Assembly (NCBI RefSeq): GCF_058153355.1
Contig: NZ_CM177019.1
DNA: 64,000 nucleotides
Reading direction: 5' to 3' (one strand)
This document shows, piece after piece, positions 1 through 13,378 of this stretch. The first letter of the stretch is position 1, and each line of letters begins with the position of its first letter. The position numbers and the translations under genes were made by a program. The notes under the pieces are model-generated. The model searched no databases, was not told the origin of the DNA, and worked only from the letters and a program-made list of their open reading frames with translations.

Positions 1-3000
1 AGCGCCTTTAACAAACAGAGCATGAGCTGGAAACTGATGACTCTGCTGCCGCAATTGCTGGATCGCGAAGACTTTACCCTGTTGCGGCATTATCTGACTG
101 ACGATAGCGACAAGCGAAAACTGTTCCAGCTTTCCTCTAAAGCGGCGGACCTGTTTGACCAGTATCTGGTCTATCGCCCGGACTGGCTGGCACAGTGGGA
201 AGCCGGGAATCTGGTAGAAGGACTTGGAGAGGCGCAGGCCTGGCAAGCGCCGTTGTGGAAGGCGCTGGTGGAATATACCCATCAACTCGGGCAACCGCGC
301 TGGCACCGCGCCAATCTCTATCAGCGCTTTATCGAAACGCTGGAGTCCGCGACGACCTGCCCGCCGGGGTTACCTTCGCGCGTCTTTATATGCGGTATTT
401 CCGCGTTACCGCCTGTTTATCTCCAGGCGCTACAGGCGCTGGGTAAACATATTGAAATCCATCTCCTGTTTACCAACCCCTGCCGTTATTACTGGGGCGA
501 CATTAAAGATCCTGCTTATCTGGCGAAACTGCTGACTCGCCAGCGCCGACACAGTTTTGAAGATCGCGAATTACCGCTATTTCGCGACAGCGAAAATGCC
601 GGGCAGCTCTTTAACAGCGATGGTGAACAGGATGTCGGCAACCCGCTGCTGGCCTCATGGGGCAAGCTTGGGCGCGACTACATTTATCTCCTTTCTGATC
701 TGGAGAGCAGCCAGGTGCTGGACGCTTTTGTCGATGTGACGCCAGATAACCTGCTGCATAACATTCAGTCTGACATTCTGGAACTGGAGAACCGCGCCGT
801 TGCGGGTGTGAACATCGAAGAGTTTTCCCGTAGCGATAACAAACGCCCTCTTGATCCACTGGATAGCAGTATCACCTTCCACGTTTGCCATAGCCCGCAG
901 CGTGAAGTTGAAGTTTTACACGATCGCTTGCTGGCGATGCTGGAGGAAGACCCGACACTGACTCCGCGCGACATCATCGTGATGGTGGCCGACATCGACA
1001 GCTACAGTCCGTTTATTCAGGCTGTGTTTGGTAGCGCACCTGCGGATCGTTACCTGCCTTACGCCATTTCCGACCGTCGGGCGCGGCAGTCGCATCCGGT
1101 ACTGGAAGCGTTTATCAGCCTGTTATCACTGCCTGACAGCCGATTTGTGTCGGAAGACGTGCTGGCATTACTGGATGTGCCGGTGCTGGCGGCGCGGTTT
1201 GACATCACCGAAGAAGGGCTGCGTTATTTACGTCAGTGGGTCAACGAGTCCGGCATTCGTTGGGGGATAGATGACGATAACGTTCGCGAGCTGGAACTTC
1301 CCGCCACCGGTCAACACACCTGGCGGTTTGGCCTGACGCGCATGTTGCTGGGCTACGCGATGGAAAGCGCGCAGGGCGAGTGGCAATCGGTTCTGCCTTA
1401 TGATGAATCGAGCGGCTTAATTGCAGAACTGGTGGGGCATCTGGCTTCACTGCTAATGCAGCTAAACATCTGGCGTCGCGGGCTGGCGCAGGAGCGTCCG
1501 CTGGAAGAGTGGTTGCCGGTTTGTCGCGATATGCTCAACGCCTTCTTCCTGCCGGATGCGGAAACCGAAGCGGCGATGACGCTGATCGAACAACAATGGC
1601 AGGCGATTATCGCCGAAGGTTTAGGTGCGCAGTATGGCGACGCGGTGCCGTTGTCACTATTGCGTGATGAACTGGCACAACGTCTGGATCAGGAACGTAT
1701 CAGCCAGCGTTTTCTCGCCGGGCCGGTTAACATTTGTACTCTGATGCCAATGCGTTCCATCCCATTCAGAGTGGTTTGCCTGCTGGGAATGAACGACGGC
1801 GTTTACCCACGCCAGCTTGCGCCATTGGGCTTTGACCTGATGAGTCAGAAACCGAAACGCGGCGACCGTAGCCGTCGCGATGACGACCGCTATCTGTTCC
1901 TGGAAGCGTTAATTTCCGCGCAGCAAAAACTTTATATCAGCTATATCGGGCGTTCCATTCAGGATAACAGTGAACGTTTCCCGTCGGTACTGGTGCAGGA
2001 ACTGATCGACTACATCGGGCAAAGCCATTATCTACCGGGCGATGAAGCGCTCAATTGTGATGAAAGCGAGGCGAGGGTAAAAGCGCATCTTACTTGCCTC
2101 CATACCCGGATGCCGTTTGACCCGCAAAACTACCAGCCCGGTAACTTACAAAGCTATGCGCGCGAGTGGCTACCCGCGGCCAGTCAGGCAGGTAAGGCGC
2201 ATTCTGAATTTGTTCAGCCGCTGCCGTTTACCTTGCCGGAAACCGTGCCGCTGGAGACGCTACAACGATTCTGGGCGCATCCGGTGCGGGCGTTTTTCCA
2301 GATGCGCTTGCAGGTGAACTTCCGTACCGAAGATAGCGAAATTCCCGACACCGAACCTTTTATTCTTGAAGGGCTTAGTCGTTATCAAATCAACCAGCAG
2401 TTATTGAATGCTCTGGTCGAGCAAGATGATGCCGATCGCTTATTCCGCCGCTTCCGGGCGGCAGGGGATTTACCGTATGGCGCTTTTGGTGAAATTTTCT
2501 GGGAAACACAGTGCCAGGAGATGCAGCAGCTTGCCGACAGAGTCATTGCCTGTCGCCAACCGGGGCAAAGTATGGAAATTGATCTCGCCTGCAACGGTGT
2601 GCAAATAACGGGTTGGTTGCCGCAGGTGCAGCCGGATGGCCTGTTACGCTGGCGTCCCTCTTTATTAAGTGTGGCGCAGGGAATGCAACTTTGGCTGGAA
2701 CACCTTGTCTACTGTGCCAGCGGTGGTAATGGTGAAAGTCGCCTTTTTCTACGCAAAGACGGCGAGTGGCGTTTTCCGCCGCTTGCAGCCGAACAGGCTT
2801 TACATTACCTCTCAGAACTGATTGAGGGGTATCGTGAAGGGATGTCCACGCCGCTGCTGGTGTTACCTGAAAGTGGCGGCGCGTGGCTAAAAACCTGTTA
2901 TGACGCGCAAAACGATGCCATGCTGGATGACGATTCCACGTTGCAAAAAGCCCGTACGAAATTCCTTCAGGCTTACGAAGGCAACATGATGGTGCGTGGC

Positions 3001-3120
3001 GAAGGTGATGATATCTGGTATCAACGGCTCTGGCGGCAATTAACACCAGAGACAATGGAAGCCATCGTTGAACAGTCGCAACGTTTCCTGTTACCGCTGT
3101 TTCGCTTTAATCAGTCATGA
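1..3120 (+). CDS. recC: RecBCD exonuclease V gamma subunit RecC, 3-prime portion; gene start lies upstream of the window
   Basis: ORF 22..3120 (1032 aa) stays open to position 1; translation matches the RecC C-terminal region as recalled; conserved position upstream of ptrA-recB-recD. Confidence 0.93.
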   Translation, partial: SAFNKQSMSWKLMTLLPQLLDREDFTLLRHYLTDDSDKRKLFQLSSKAADLFDQYLVYRPDWLAQWEAGNLVEGLGEAQAWQAPLWKALVEYTHQLGQPRWHRANLYQRFIETLESATTCPPGLPSRVFICGISALPPVYLQALQALGKHIEIHLLFTNPCRYYWGDIKDPAYLAKLLTRQRRHSFEDRELPLFRDSENAGQLFNSDGEQDVGNPLLASWGKLGRDYIYLLSDLESSQVLDAFVDVTPDNLLHNIQSDILELENRAVAGVNIEEFSRSDNKRPLDPLDSSITFHVCHSPQREVEVLHDRLLAMLEEDPTLTPRDIIVMVADIDSYSPFIQAVFGSAPADRYLPYAISDRRARQSHPVLEAFISLLSLPDSRFVSEDVLALLDVPVLAARFDITEEGLRYLRQWVNESGIRWGIDDDNVRELELPATGQHTWRFGLTRMLLGYAMESAQGEWQSVLPYDESSGLIAELVGHLASLLMQLNIWRRGLAQERPLEEWLPVCRDMLNAFFLPDAETEAAMTLIEQQWQAIIAEGLGAQYGDAVPLSLLRDELAQRLDQERISQRFLAGPVNICTLMPMRSIPFRVVCLLGMNDGVYPRQLAPLGFDLMSQKPKRGDRSRRDDDRYLFLEALISAQQKLYISYIGRSIQDNSERFPSVLVQELIDYIGQSHYLPGDEALNCDESEARVKAHLTCLHTRMPFDPQNYQPGNLQSYAREWLPAASQAGKAHSEFVQPLPFTLPETVPLETLQRFWAHPVRAFFQMRLQVNFRTEDSEIPDTEPFILEGLSRYQINQQLLNALVEQDDADRLFRRFRAAGDLPYGAFGEIFWETQCQEMQQLADRVIACRQPGQSMEIDLACNGVQITGWLPQVQPDGLLRWRPSLLSVAQGMQLWLEHLVYCASGGNGESRLFLRKDGEWRFPPLAAEQALHYLSELIEGYREGMSTPLLVLPESGGAWLKTCYDAQNDAMLDDDSTLQKARTKFLQAYEGNMMVRGEGDDIWYQRLWRQLTPETMEAIVEQSQRFLLPLFRFNQS

Positions 3121-3295
3121 GTGCTGTATAAAAATTGCGCAATTCATCTGCTTACTTTATGATGCGCACCAGTCACGGACTGATGGTTAAATAGACATAG
3201 GCTGACTCGTGCAGCACAAGATTAAATTCTGCCGGATAATTTTCGTTAACGTATTGAATCTGGTTAGAAAATAAAGTTGATAATGAGGTCCGTGA

Positions 3296-6219
3296 ATGCC
3301 CCGCAGCACCTGGTTCAAAGCATTATTGTTGTTTGTTGCCCTTTGGGCACCCTTAAGTCAGGCAGAAACGGGATGGCAGCCGATTCAGGAAACCATCCGT
3401 AAAAGTGATAAAGATAACCGCCAGTATCAGGCTATACGTCTGGATAACGGTATGGTGGTTTTGCTGGTTTCTGACCCGCAGGCGGTTAAATCGCTCTCGG
3501 CGCTGGTGGTGCCCGTTGGGTCGCTGGAAGATCCCGAGGCATACCAGGGGCTGGCACATTACCTTGAACATATGAGTCTGATGGGTTCGAAAAAGTACCC
3601 GCAGGCTGACAGTCTGGCTGAATACCTCAAAATGCACGGCGGCAGCCACAATGCCAGCACGGCACCGTATCGCACGGCTTTCTATCTGGAAGTTGAGAAC
3701 GACGCCTTACCCGGTGCGGTAGACCGCCTGGCCGATGCTATTGCTGAACCCTTGCTCGACAAGAAATACGCCGAACGTGAGCGTAATGCGGTGAACGCTG
3801 AATTAACCATGGCGCGTACGCGTGATGGGATGCGCATGGCACAGGTCAGCGCAGAAACCATTAACCCGGCACACCCAGGTTCAAAGTTTTCTGGTGGTAA
3901 CCTCGAAACTTTAAGCGATAAACCCGGCAATCCGGTACAGCAGGCGCTGAAAGATTTCCACGAGAAATATTACTCTGCCAATCTGATGAAGGCGGTTATC
4001 TATAGCAAGAAGCCGCTACCGGAGCTGGCGAAGATGGCTGCTGATACTTTCGGTCGCGTGCCGAACAAAGAGAGCAAAAAACCGGAAATCACTGTGCCGG
4101 TAGTCACCGACGCGCAAAAGGGCATTATCATTCATTACGTCCCGGCGCTGCCGCGTAAAGTTCTGCGCGTTGAGTTTCGCATCGATAACAATTCAGCGAA
4201 GTTCCGTAGTAAAACGGATGAATTGATTACCTATCTGATTGGTAATCGCAGCCCAGGTACACTTTCTGACTGGCTGCAAAAGCAGGGATTAGTTGAGGGC
4301 ATTAGCGCCAATTCCGATCCTATCGTCAACGGCAACAGCGGCGTATTAGCGATCTCTGCGTCTTTAACCGATAAAGGTCTGGCGAATCGCGATCAGGTTG
4401 TGGCGGCCATTTTTAGCTACCTCAATCTGTTACGCGAAAAAGGGATTGATAAACAATACTTCGATGAACTGGCGAATGTGCTGGATATCGACTTTCGTTA
4501 TCCGTCAATCACCCGTGATATGGATTACGTCGAATGGCTGGCAGATACCATGATTCGCGTTCCTGTTGAGCATACGCTGGATGCAGTCAATATTGCCGAT
4601 CGGTACGATGCTAAAGCAGTAAAAGAACGCCTGGCGATGATGACGCCGCAGAATGCGCGTATCTGGTATATCAGCCCGAAAGAGCCGCATAACAAAACGG
4701 CTTATTTTGTCGATGCTCCGTATCAGGTCGATAAAATCAGCCCACAAACTTTCGCTGACTGGCAGAAAAAAGCCGCCCACAAACTTTCGCTGACTGGCAG
4801 AAAAAAGCCGCCAATATTGCGCTCTCCTTACCGGAGCTTAACCCTTATATTCCTGACGATTTCTCGCTGATGAAGTCAGAGAAGAAATACGACCATCCAG
4901 AGTTGATTGTGGATGAGGCGAATCTGCGCGTGGTGTATGCGCCGAGCCGTTATTTTGCCAGCGAGCCTAAAGCCGATGTCAGCCTGATTTTGCGTAACCC
5001 GAAAGCCATGGACAGCGCCCGCAATCAGGTGATGTTTGCGCTTAATGATTATCTTGCCGGACTGGCGCTTGATCAGTTAAGCAACCAGGCGTCGGTTGGT
5101 GGCATAAGTTTTTCCACCAATGCTAACAACGGCCTTATGGTTAATGCCAATGGTTACACCCAGCGCCTGCCGCAGCTGTTCCAGGCTCTGCTGGAGGGCT
5201 ACTTTAGCTATACCGCTACGGAAGAGCAGCTTGAGCAGGCGAAGTCCTGGTATAACCAGATGATGGATTCCGCAGAAAAGGGCAAAGCGTTCGAGCAGGC
5301 GATTATGCCCGCGCAGATGCTCTCGCAAGTGCCGTACTTCTCGCGAGATGAACGGCGCAAAATTTTGCCTTCAATCACTTTGAAAGAGGTGCTGGCCTAT
5401 CGCGACGCCTTAAAATCAGGGGCTCGACCAGAGTTTATGGTTATTGGCAACATGACCGAAGCCCAGGCAACAAAGCTGGCACGCGATGTGCAAAAACAGT
5501 TGGGCGCTGATGGTTCGGAGTGGTGTCGTAACAAAGATGTCGTGGTCGATAAAAAACAATCCGTCATCTTTGAAAAAGCCGGTAACAGCACCGACTCCGC
5601 ACTGGCAGCGGTATTTGTACCGACTGGCTACGATGAATACACCAGCTCAGCCTATAGCTCTCTGCTGGGGCAGATCGTACAGCCGTGGTTCTACAATCAG
5701 TTGCGTACCGAAGAACAGTTGGGCTATGCCGTGTTTGCGTTTCCAATGAGCGTGGGACGTCAGTGGGGCATGGGCTTCCTGTTGCAAAGCAATGATAAAC
5801 AGCCTTCATTCTTGTGGGAGCGTTACAAGGCGTTTTTCCCAACCGCAGAGGCAAAATTGCGGACGATGAAGCCAGAAGAGTTTGCGCAAATCCAGCAGGC
5901 GGTAATAACCCAGATGCTGCAGGCACCGCAAACGCTCGGCGAAGAAGCATCGAAGTTAAGTAAAGATTTCGATCGCGGCAATATGCGCTTCGATTCGCGT
6001 GATAAAATCGTGGCCCAGATAAAACTGCTGACGCCGCAAAAACTTGCTGATTTCTTCCATCAGGCGGTGGTCGAGCCGCAAGGCATGGCTATTCTGTCGC
6101 AGATTTCCGGCAGCCAGAACGGGAAAGCCGAATATGTGCATCCTGAAGGCTGGAAAGTGTGGGAGAACGTCAGCGCGTTGCAGCAAACAATGCCCCTGAT
6201 GAGTGAAAAGAATGAGTGA
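3296..6219 (+). pseudogene. ptrA: Protease III (pitrilysin) gene disrupted by a 35-bp tandem duplication; reads as two ORFs 3296..4870 and 4870..6219
   Basis: N-terminal ORF has a signal peptide and the HxxEH zinc motif (HYLEHM); it terminates 20 codons after the duplication; the second ORF continues in another frame; removing one 35-bp copy gives a single 962-aa ORF. Confidence 0.85.
4741..4810 (+). repeat. Perfect tandem duplication, 2 x 35 bp (cccacaaactttcgctgactggcagaaaaaagccg), inside ptrA
   Basis: Positions 4741-4775 and 4776-4810 are identical; the length is not a multiple of 3. Confidence 0.95.
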
Positions 6220-9200
6220 TGTCGCCGAGACACTAGATCCTTTGCGCTTGCCCTTACAGGGCGAGCGCCTGATTGAAGCCTCTGCCGGCACAGGCAAAAC
6301 CTTTACGATTGCGGCGCTCTATTTGCGCCTGTTACTTGGACTAGGCGGTTCTGCCGCCTTTCCCCGCCCGCTGACCGTTGAAGAACTGCTGGTGGTGACC
6401 TTTACCGAGGCTGCCACGGCAGAATTGCGCGGTCGTATCCGTAGCAATATCCACGAGTTGCGCATCGCCTGTCTGCGTGAAACCACCGACAATCCACTGT
6501 ACGAACGCCTGCTGGAAGAGATCGACGATAAAGCGCAAGCCGCGCAGTGGTTGTTGTTAGCCGAACGGCAGATGGATGAAGCGGCAGTCTTTACTATTCA
6601 CGGTTTTTGCCAGCGCATGCTCAACTTGAATGCCTTTGAATCCGGCATGCTGTTTGAGCAGCAGCTGATTGAAGATGAGTCTCTGCTACGCTACCAGGCC
6701 TGCGCCGATTTCTGGCGTCGCCACTGCTACCCGCTGCCGCGTGAAATTGCCCAGGTGGTCTTTGAAACCTGGAAAGGGCCGCAGGCGTTGCTGCGCGATA
6801 TTAATCGTTATCTGCAAGGCGAAGCACCGGTTATCAAAGCACCGCCGCCCGATGATGAAACGCTGGCTTCCCGCCACGCGCAAATTGTGGCGCGTATTGA
6901 TACGGTAAAACAGCAGTGGCGCGACGCAGTGGGTGAACTGGATGCGCTGATCGAATCTTCTGGTATTGATCGACGCAAGTTTAACCGTAGCAATCAGGCT
7001 AAATGGATCGAGAAGATCAGTGCCTGGGCAGAAGAAGAGACCAACAGTTATCAGTTACCGGAGTCGCTGGAAAAATTCTCTCAGCGTTTCTTAGAAGATC
7101 GCACGAAAGCCGGGGGGGAAACCCCGCGACATCCACTGTTTGAGGCGATCGATCAACTGCTTGCAGAACCATTGTCGATCCGTGATCTGGTGATCACCCG
7201 CGCATTGGCTGAGATCCGCGAAACAGTAGCGCGTGAAAAACGCCGCCGTGGCGAATTGGGTTTTGATGACATGTTAAGTCGGCTCGATTCCGCGCTGCGT
7301 AGCGAAAGCGGCGAGGTGTTGGCAGCGGCGATCCGTACGCGATTCCCGGTGGCAATGATTGATGAATTTCAGGATACCGACCCCCAGCAGTACCGAATAT
7401 TTCGCCGTATCTGGCACCATCAACCGGAAACTGCATTGTTGCTGATTGGCGACCCGAAACAGGCTATATATGCATTCCGTGGAGCGGATATCTTCACTTA
7501 TATGAAGGCGCGTAATGAAGTTCACGCGCACTACACCTTAGACACCAACTGGCGCTCAGCACCTGGAATGGTGAACAGCGTGAATAAGCTTTTCAGCCAG
7601 ACTGATGACGCGTTCATGTTTCGCGAAATACCATTTATTCCAGTGAAATCAGCCGGCAAAAATCAGGCGTTACGTTTTGTATTTAAAGGTGAAACGCAGC
7701 CTGCGATGAAAATGTGGCTGATGGAAGGCGAAAGCTGCGGCGTTGGCGATTATCAAAGTACCATGGCGCAGGTATGTGCTGCGCAAATCCGCGACTGGCT
7801 ACAAGCCGGACAGCGGGGCGAAGCGTTGCTGATGAACGGCGACGACGCGCGTCCGGTGCGTGCTTCGGACATCAGTGTGCTGGTGCGCAGCCGCCAGGAG
7901 GCCGCTCAGGTGCGCGATGCCTTAACGCTGCTGGAAATCCCTTCCGTTTACCTTTCGAACCGCGACAGTGTTTTTGAAACTCTGGAAGCGCAGGAGATGC
8001 TTTGGCTGTTGCAGGCGGTGATGACACCAGAACGTGAGAACACCCTGCGCAGTGCGCTGGCAACGTCAATGATGGGGCTGAATGCGCTGGATATTGAAAC
8101 GCTGAATAATGACGAACATGCGTGGGATGCGGTAGTCGAAGAGTTCGATGGTTATCGGCAAATCTGGCGCAAACGTGGCGTTATGCCGATGCTGCGGGCG
8201 CTGATGTCGGCGCGTAACATTGCAGAAAACTTGCTGGCAACAGCAGGCGGTGAGCGGCGTCTTACCGATATCTTGCATATCAGCGAATTGCTACAAGAAG
8301 CCGGAACGCAGCTGGAAAGTGAACATGCGCTGGTACGCTGGTTATCGCAACATATCCTCGAGCCAGACAGTAATGCCTCCAGCCAACAAATGCGTCTCGA
8401 AAGTGATAAACATCTGGTGCAGATTGTCACGATCCACAAATCGAAAGGGCTGGAATATCCATTGGTCTGGCTGCCGTTTATCACCAATTTCCGCGTCCAG
8501 GATCAGGCGTTTTATCACGATCGCCACTCGTTTGAGGCTGTTCTGGATCTTAATGCTGCGCCAGAAAGCGTCGACCTCGCGGAGGCCGAACGTCTGGCGG
8601 AAGATCTGCGTTTGCTTTACGTGGCGCTGACGCGTTCGGTTTGGCATTGCAGTCTCGGCGTTGCACCGCTGGTGCGCCGTCGTGGCGATAAAAAAGGTGA
8701 CACCGACGTCCACCAAAGTGCGCTCGGGCGTTTGCTGCAAAAAGGGGAACCGCAAGATGCGGCAGGGCTTCGCACCTGTATTGAAGCGTTATGCGATGAT
8801 GATATTGCCTGGCAAACGGCACAAACTGGTGATAACCAGCCCTGGCAGGTTAATGATGCTTTAACTGCAGAACTGAATGCGAGGACGCTACAACGATTGC
8901 CCGGCGATAACTGGCGTGTCACCAGCTACTCCGGTTTGCAGCAGCGTGGTCACGGTATCGCTCAGGATCTGATGCCACGGCTGGATGTTGATGCCGCAGG
9001 CGTGGTCAGCGTCGTTGAAGAACCGACGTTAACACCGCATCAGTTCCCGCGTGGTGCGTCACCAGGGACGTTTTTGCACAGTTTGTTTGAAGACCTCGAT
9101 TTTACCCAGCCGGTTGACCCGAACTGGGTACAGGAAAAACTGGAACTCGGCGGCTTTGAATCGCAGTGGGAACCAGTGTTGACCGAGTGGATCACGGCTG

Positions 9201-9754
9201 TCCTCCAGGCACCTCTCAATGAAACGGGTGTTAGCCTGAATCAGCTTTCCGACCGCGATAAACAGGTGGAGATGGAGTTTTACCTGCCGATTAGTGAACC
9301 GCTCATCGCCAGCCAGCTTGATGCACTAATTCGCCAGTTTGATCCGCTATCCGCTGGCTGCCCGCCGCTGGAGTTCATGCAGGTACGCGGCATGTTAAAA
9401 GGCTTTATCGACCTGGTATTCCGCCACGAAGGGCGTTATTACCTGCTCGACTATAAATCCAACTGGCTGGGTGAAGACAGTTCGGCTTATACCCAACAGG
9501 CTATGGCAGCGGCGATGCAGGCACACCGCTATGATCTGCAATATCAGCTTTATACCCTGGCGCTGCATCGTTATCTGCGCCATCGCATTGCTGATTACGA
9601 CTATGATCGTCACTTTGGCGGCGTTATCTATCTGTTCCTGCGTGGCGTTGATAAAGAACATCCGCAACAAGGGATTTACACAACCCGACCCAACGCCGGG
9701 TTGATTGACCTGATGGATGAGATGTTTGCCGGTATGACCCTGGAGGAGGCGTAA
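6212..9754 (+). CDS. recB: RecBCD helicase/nuclease beta subunit RecB
   Basis: 1180 aa from [10 protein letters not shown]; Walker A motif GTGKTF; start overlaps the ptrA stop; UvrD-like helicase plus C-terminal nuclease region. Confidence 0.95.
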   Translation: MSDVAETLDPLRLPLQGERLIEASAGTGKTFTIAALYLRLLLGLGGSAAFPRPLTVEELLVVTFTEAATAELRGRIRSNIHELRIACLRETTDNPLYERLLEEIDDKAQAAQWLLLAERQMDEAAVFTIHGFCQRMLNLNAFESGMLFEQQLIEDESLLRYQACADFWRRHCYPLPREIAQVVFETWKGPQALLRDINRYLQGEAPVIKAPPPDDETLASRHAQIVARIDTVKQQWRDAVGELDALIESSGIDRRKFNRSNQAKWIEKISAWAEEETNSYQLPESLEKFSQRFLEDRTKAGGETPRHPLFEAIDQLLAEPLSIRDLVITRALAEIRETVAREKRRRGELGFDDMLSRLDSALRSESGEVLAAAIRTRFPVAMIDEFQDTDPQQYRIFRRIWHHQPETALLLIGDPKQAIYAFRGADIFTYMKARNEVHAHYTLDTNWRSAPGMVNSVNKLFSQTDDAFMFREIPFIPVKSAGKNQALRFVFKGETQPAMKMWLMEGESCGVGDYQSTMAQVCAAQIRDWLQAGQRGEALLMNGDDARPVRASDISVLVRSRQEAAQVRDALTLLEIPSVYLSNRDSVFETLEAQEMLWLLQAVMTPERENTLRSALATSMMGLNALDIETLNNDEHAWDAVVEEFDGYRQIWRKRGVMPMLRALMSARNIAENLLATAGGERRLTDILHISELLQEAGTQLESEHALVRWLSQHILEPDSNASSQQMRLESDKHLVQIVTIHKSKGLEYPLVWLPFITNFRVQDQAFYHDRHSFEAVLDLNAAPESVDLAEAERLAEDLRLLYVALTRSVWHCSLGVAPLVRRRGDKKGDTDVHQSALGRLLQKGEPQDAAGLRTCIEALCDDDIAWQTAQTGDNQPWQVNDALTAELNARTLQRLPGDNWRVTSYSGLQQRGHGIAQDLMPRLDVDAAGVVSVVEEPTLTPHQFPRGASPGTFLHSLFEDLDFTQPVDPNWVQEKLELGGFESQWEPVLTEWITAVLQAPLNETGVSLNQLSDRDKQVEMEFYLPISEPLIASQLDALIRQFDPLSAGCPPLEFMQVRGMLKGFIDLVFRHEGRYYLLDYKSNWLGEDSSAYTQQAMAAAMQAHRYDLQYQLYTLALHRYLRHRIADYDYDRHFGGVIYLFLRGVDKEHPQQGIYTTRPNAGLIDLMDEMFAGMTLEEA

Positions 9755-11580
9755 TGAAATTGCAAAAGCAATTACTGGAAGCTGTGGAGCACAAACAGCT
9801 ACGCCCGCTGGATGTGCAATTTGCCCTGACCGTGGCGGGAGATGAACATCCTGCCGTCACCCTCGCGGCAGCCCTGTTAAGCCACGACGCCGGGGAAGGG
9901 CATGTCTGTTTACCGCTCTCACGACTGGAAAATAACGAGGAGTCACATCCGCTGTTAGCAACCTGCGTCAGCGAAATTGGTGAGTTACAAAATTGGGAAG
10001 AATGCTTGCTGGCTTCACAAGCGGTCAGCCGGGGAGATGAACCAACGCCGATGATCCTCTGTGGTGATCGTCTTTATTTGAATCGCATGTGGTGTAACGA
10101 GCGCACAGTGGCACGCTTTTTCAACGAAGTGAATCATGCCATTGAGGTTGATGAAGCTCTACTGGCGCAAACCCTGGACAAACTTTTTCCAGTAAGCGAT
10201 GAAATTAACTGGCAAAAAGTGGCGGCGGCAGTGGCGCTGACGCGGCGGATCTCGGTGATTTCCGGCGGCCCTGGCACCGGTAAAACGACCACCGTAGCGA
10301 AGTTGCTGGCAGCGTTAATTCAAATGGCAGACGGCGAACGCTGCCGTATCCGTCTGGCTGCACCAACGGGTAAAGCTGCCGCGCGCTTAACCGAATCTCT
10401 CGGCAAGGCTTTGCGCCAGTTACCGCTGACCGATGAACAAAAGAAACGCATTCCGGAAGATGCCAGCACTTTGCACCGATTGCTGGGTGCGCAGCCGGGT
10501 AGCCAGCGTTTACGTCATCATGCCGGTAACCCGCTGCATCTTGATGTGCTGGTGGTAGATGAAGCGTCAATGATCGATCTGCCTATGATGTCGAGACTGA
10601 TCGACGCCTTGCCCGATCATGCGCGAGTGATCTTTCTCGGCGATCGTGATCAACTGGCCTCGGTTGAGGCTGGGGCTGTGCTGGGCGATATCTGCGCTTA
10701 TGCCAACGCGGGCTTTACCGCCGAGCGTGCCGGGCAGTTGAGCCGCCTGACGGGAACTCACGTTCCGTCAGGAACTGGCACAGAAGCGGCATCTTTGCGC
10801 GACAGTCTCTGCCTGCTGCAAAAAAGCTATCGTTTCGGCAGCGATTCTGGCATTGGTCAGTTAGCTGCGGCGATCAACCGTGGTGATAAAACGGCAGTGA
10901 AAACCGTTTTTCAGCAGGATTTTACTGATATCGAAAAACGGCTTTTACAGAGCGGCGAAGACTATATTGCGATGCTTGAGGAGGCTCTTGCGGGTTACGG
11001 GCGTTATCTGGATCTGCTGCAAGCGCGTGCCGAGCCGGATTTAATCATTCAGGCGTTCAATGAATACCAGCTTTTGTGCGCCCTGCGGGAAGGGCCGTTT
11101 GGCGTGGCTGGATTGAATGAGCGAATTGAGCAGTTTATGCAACAGAAGCGCAAAATTCATCGTCATCCGCACTCACGCTGGTACGAAGGCCGGCCGGTAA
11201 TGATTGCCCGCAATGACAGCGCGCTTGGGTTGTTTAATGGTGATATCGGCATTGCGCTGGATCGTGGGCAGGGGACGCGCGTCTGGTTTGCGATGCCGGA
11301 TGGCAATATTAAGTCTGTGCAACCGAGCCGCCTGCCAGAACACGAAACCACGTGGGCGATGACGGTACATAAATCGCAGGGATCGGAGTTTGACCATGCG
11401 GCGTTGATTTTACCGAGCCAACGCACGCCAGTTGTAACGCGAGAGCTGGTTTACACTGCGGTGACCCGCGCGCGTCGCCGTCTGTCGTTGTATGCCGATG
11501 AGCGCATATTAAGTGCGGCAATCGCCACTCGTACTGAGCGGCGCAGTGGTCTGGCGGCGTTGTTTAGTTCGCGGGAATAA
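9754..11580 (+). CDS. recD: RecBCD helicase alpha subunit RecD
   Basis: 608 aa; Walker A motif GGPGTGKTT; start overlaps the recB stop. Confidence 0.95.
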   Translation: MKLQKQLLEAVEHKQLRPLDVQFALTVAGDEHPAVTLAAALLSHDAGEGHVCLPLSRLENNEESHPLLATCVSEIGELQNWEECLLASQAVSRGDEPTPMILCGDRLYLNRMWCNERTVARFFNEVNHAIEVDEALLAQTLDKLFPVSDEINWQKVAAAVALTRRISVISGGPGTGKTTTVAKLLAALIQMADGERCRIRLAAPTGKAAARLTESLGKALRQLPLTDEQKKRIPEDASTLHRLLGAQPGSQRLRHHAGNPLHLDVLVVDEASMIDLPMMSRLIDALPDHARVIFLGDRDQLASVEAGAVLGDICAYANAGFTAERAGQLSRLTGTHVPSGTGTEAASLRDSLCLLQKSYRFGSDSGIGQLAAAINRGDKTAVKTVFQQDFTDIEKRLLQSGEDYIAMLEEALAGYGRYLDLLQARAEPDLIIQAFNEYQLLCALREGPFGVAGLNERIEQFMQQKRKIHRHPHSRWYEGRPVMIARNDSALGLFNGDIGIALDRGQGTRVWFAMPDGNIKSVQPSRLPEHETTWAMTVHKSQGSEFDHAALILPSQRTPVVTRELVYTAVTRARRRLSLYADERILSAAIATRTERRSGLAALFSSRE

Positions 11581-11584
11581 ACGT

Positions 11585-11850
<266 letters not shown>

Positions 11851-13154
11851 CGCTGGTAGTTGTACAACTGCTTTTTGCTCTCGGGCAGTAAATCAATATC
11901 CACCGGGGTAAATCCACGTTCCTGGAACCAGTGAATACTGCGCGTGGTCAGTACAAACAATTTGCTTAATCCGCTTTGCTTCGCCTGAGCGGCAATGCGC
12001 TCCAGCAAAACCTCGCCCCTTGATGAGCTGCGGTAATCCGGGTGAACGGCCACACAGGCCATTTCCCCAATCTTCTCTTCCGGGAACGGATAGAGTGCTG
12101 CGCAGGCAATAGTCGTGTTATCGCGCTGAATAATAGTGAATTTGTCGATTTCCATCTCCAGTTGCTCGCGAGAACGGCGTACCAGAATACCTTGCTGCTC
12201 CAGTGGGCGAATCAACTCCAGAATGCCGCCAATATCGTTGATGGTTGCGCGACGAATTTGCTCGGCGCTTTCCATCACAATCTGCGTACCGATACCGTCA
12301 CGTGAGAACAACTCTTGCAACAGCGCGCCATCTTCCTGGTAACTAATTAAATGACAGCGACGTACGCCGCTGCGGCAGGCTTTCACCGCACCACGCAAAA
12401 AGCGCACCGTACCGGAGTTGTAATCGCCTTTCTCTTCCTGAGCTTCTACCCGTGCTTGTGCTTCGTTAGGGAAAAGCTCGGAGACAATATCGCCGTCGTC
12501 ATTAGTGACGCCCTGTGAAGAGCAAAAACCAATCATCTTTTCAGCTTTCAGTTTGATGGCCAGTTGAGTGGCGATCTCTTCCGAGGTCAGATTAAAGCTC
12601 TCGCCAGTGACTGAAACCGCGACCGGCCCCAGCAGCACTATCGCACCGCTGTCCAGTTGACGATGAATCGCATCTTCGTCAATCCGCCGGATACGCCCGC
12701 TATGGCAGTAATCCACACCGTCATCCACGCCCAGCGGCTGGGCAATAATAAAATTGCCACTGACGACGTTGATATGCGCGCCCTGCAGCGGCGTGTTATT
12801 GAGACTCATCGACAGGCGAGCAGTAATATCCAGTTGCAATGTTCCCGCAGCCTGCTTCACCAGTTCTAGTGTTTTGGCGTCGGTCACGCGTATATTTTTG
12901 TGATATAGCGGTTCGTGGTGATGCGCTGCCAGATTCGCATCGATCTGCGGGCGCGCTCCATAGACCACGACCAGACGGATGCCGAGGCTGTGCAGCAACC
13001 CGATATCATTAACGATACTGGAGAAATTCTCATGCTCAATGGCTTCACCGCCGAGCATGATGACAAACGTTTTTCCCCGGTGGGTATTGATATAAGGAAC
13101 CGAATGGCGGAATCCCTCGACCAACTCGGTTTTACGTTCCTTCACCACGGCACA

Positions 13155-13200
13155 CCTCTTTGCATGATTATTCGTAATTATTGTATTTTTATTCTGTTTT
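13155..13200 (-). promoter_or_regulatory. Putative ArgR operator (ARG boxes) overlapping the argA promoter
   Basis: AT-rich imperfect palindromes (reverse strand: cagaataaaaataca, aattacgaataatcatgca) just upstream of the argA RBS; resembles the ARG box consensus TnTGAATwwwwATTCAnw. Confidence 0.4.
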
Positions 13201-13378
13201 TTCACTGGGTGCAAGTGCAAATTTTACGCATGAGCAACTTTTTTATCAGTAATGCCGTGAATATAAAAAGAATGTTTACCGTTTATTAGATGACAGATTA
13301 TGCGTCTTTCGCTAAAGTTTCCGGTCAAATTAGTCGTTTATTTGTTACACAGCTTAGATTTTTTTGCTCGGGAGATGC

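Noticed and set aside
8342-8922. Cluster of overlapping 90-137 aa ORFs on both strands inside recB
   Set aside because: All lie within the recB coding sequence in alternative frames; none has a domain signature or independent start signals.
13149-13220. Extended argA ORF start (467 aa)
   Set aside because: The extension lies over the putative ARG-box operator and promoter; the GTG at 13146-13148 with RBS AGAGG gives the expected 443-aa product.
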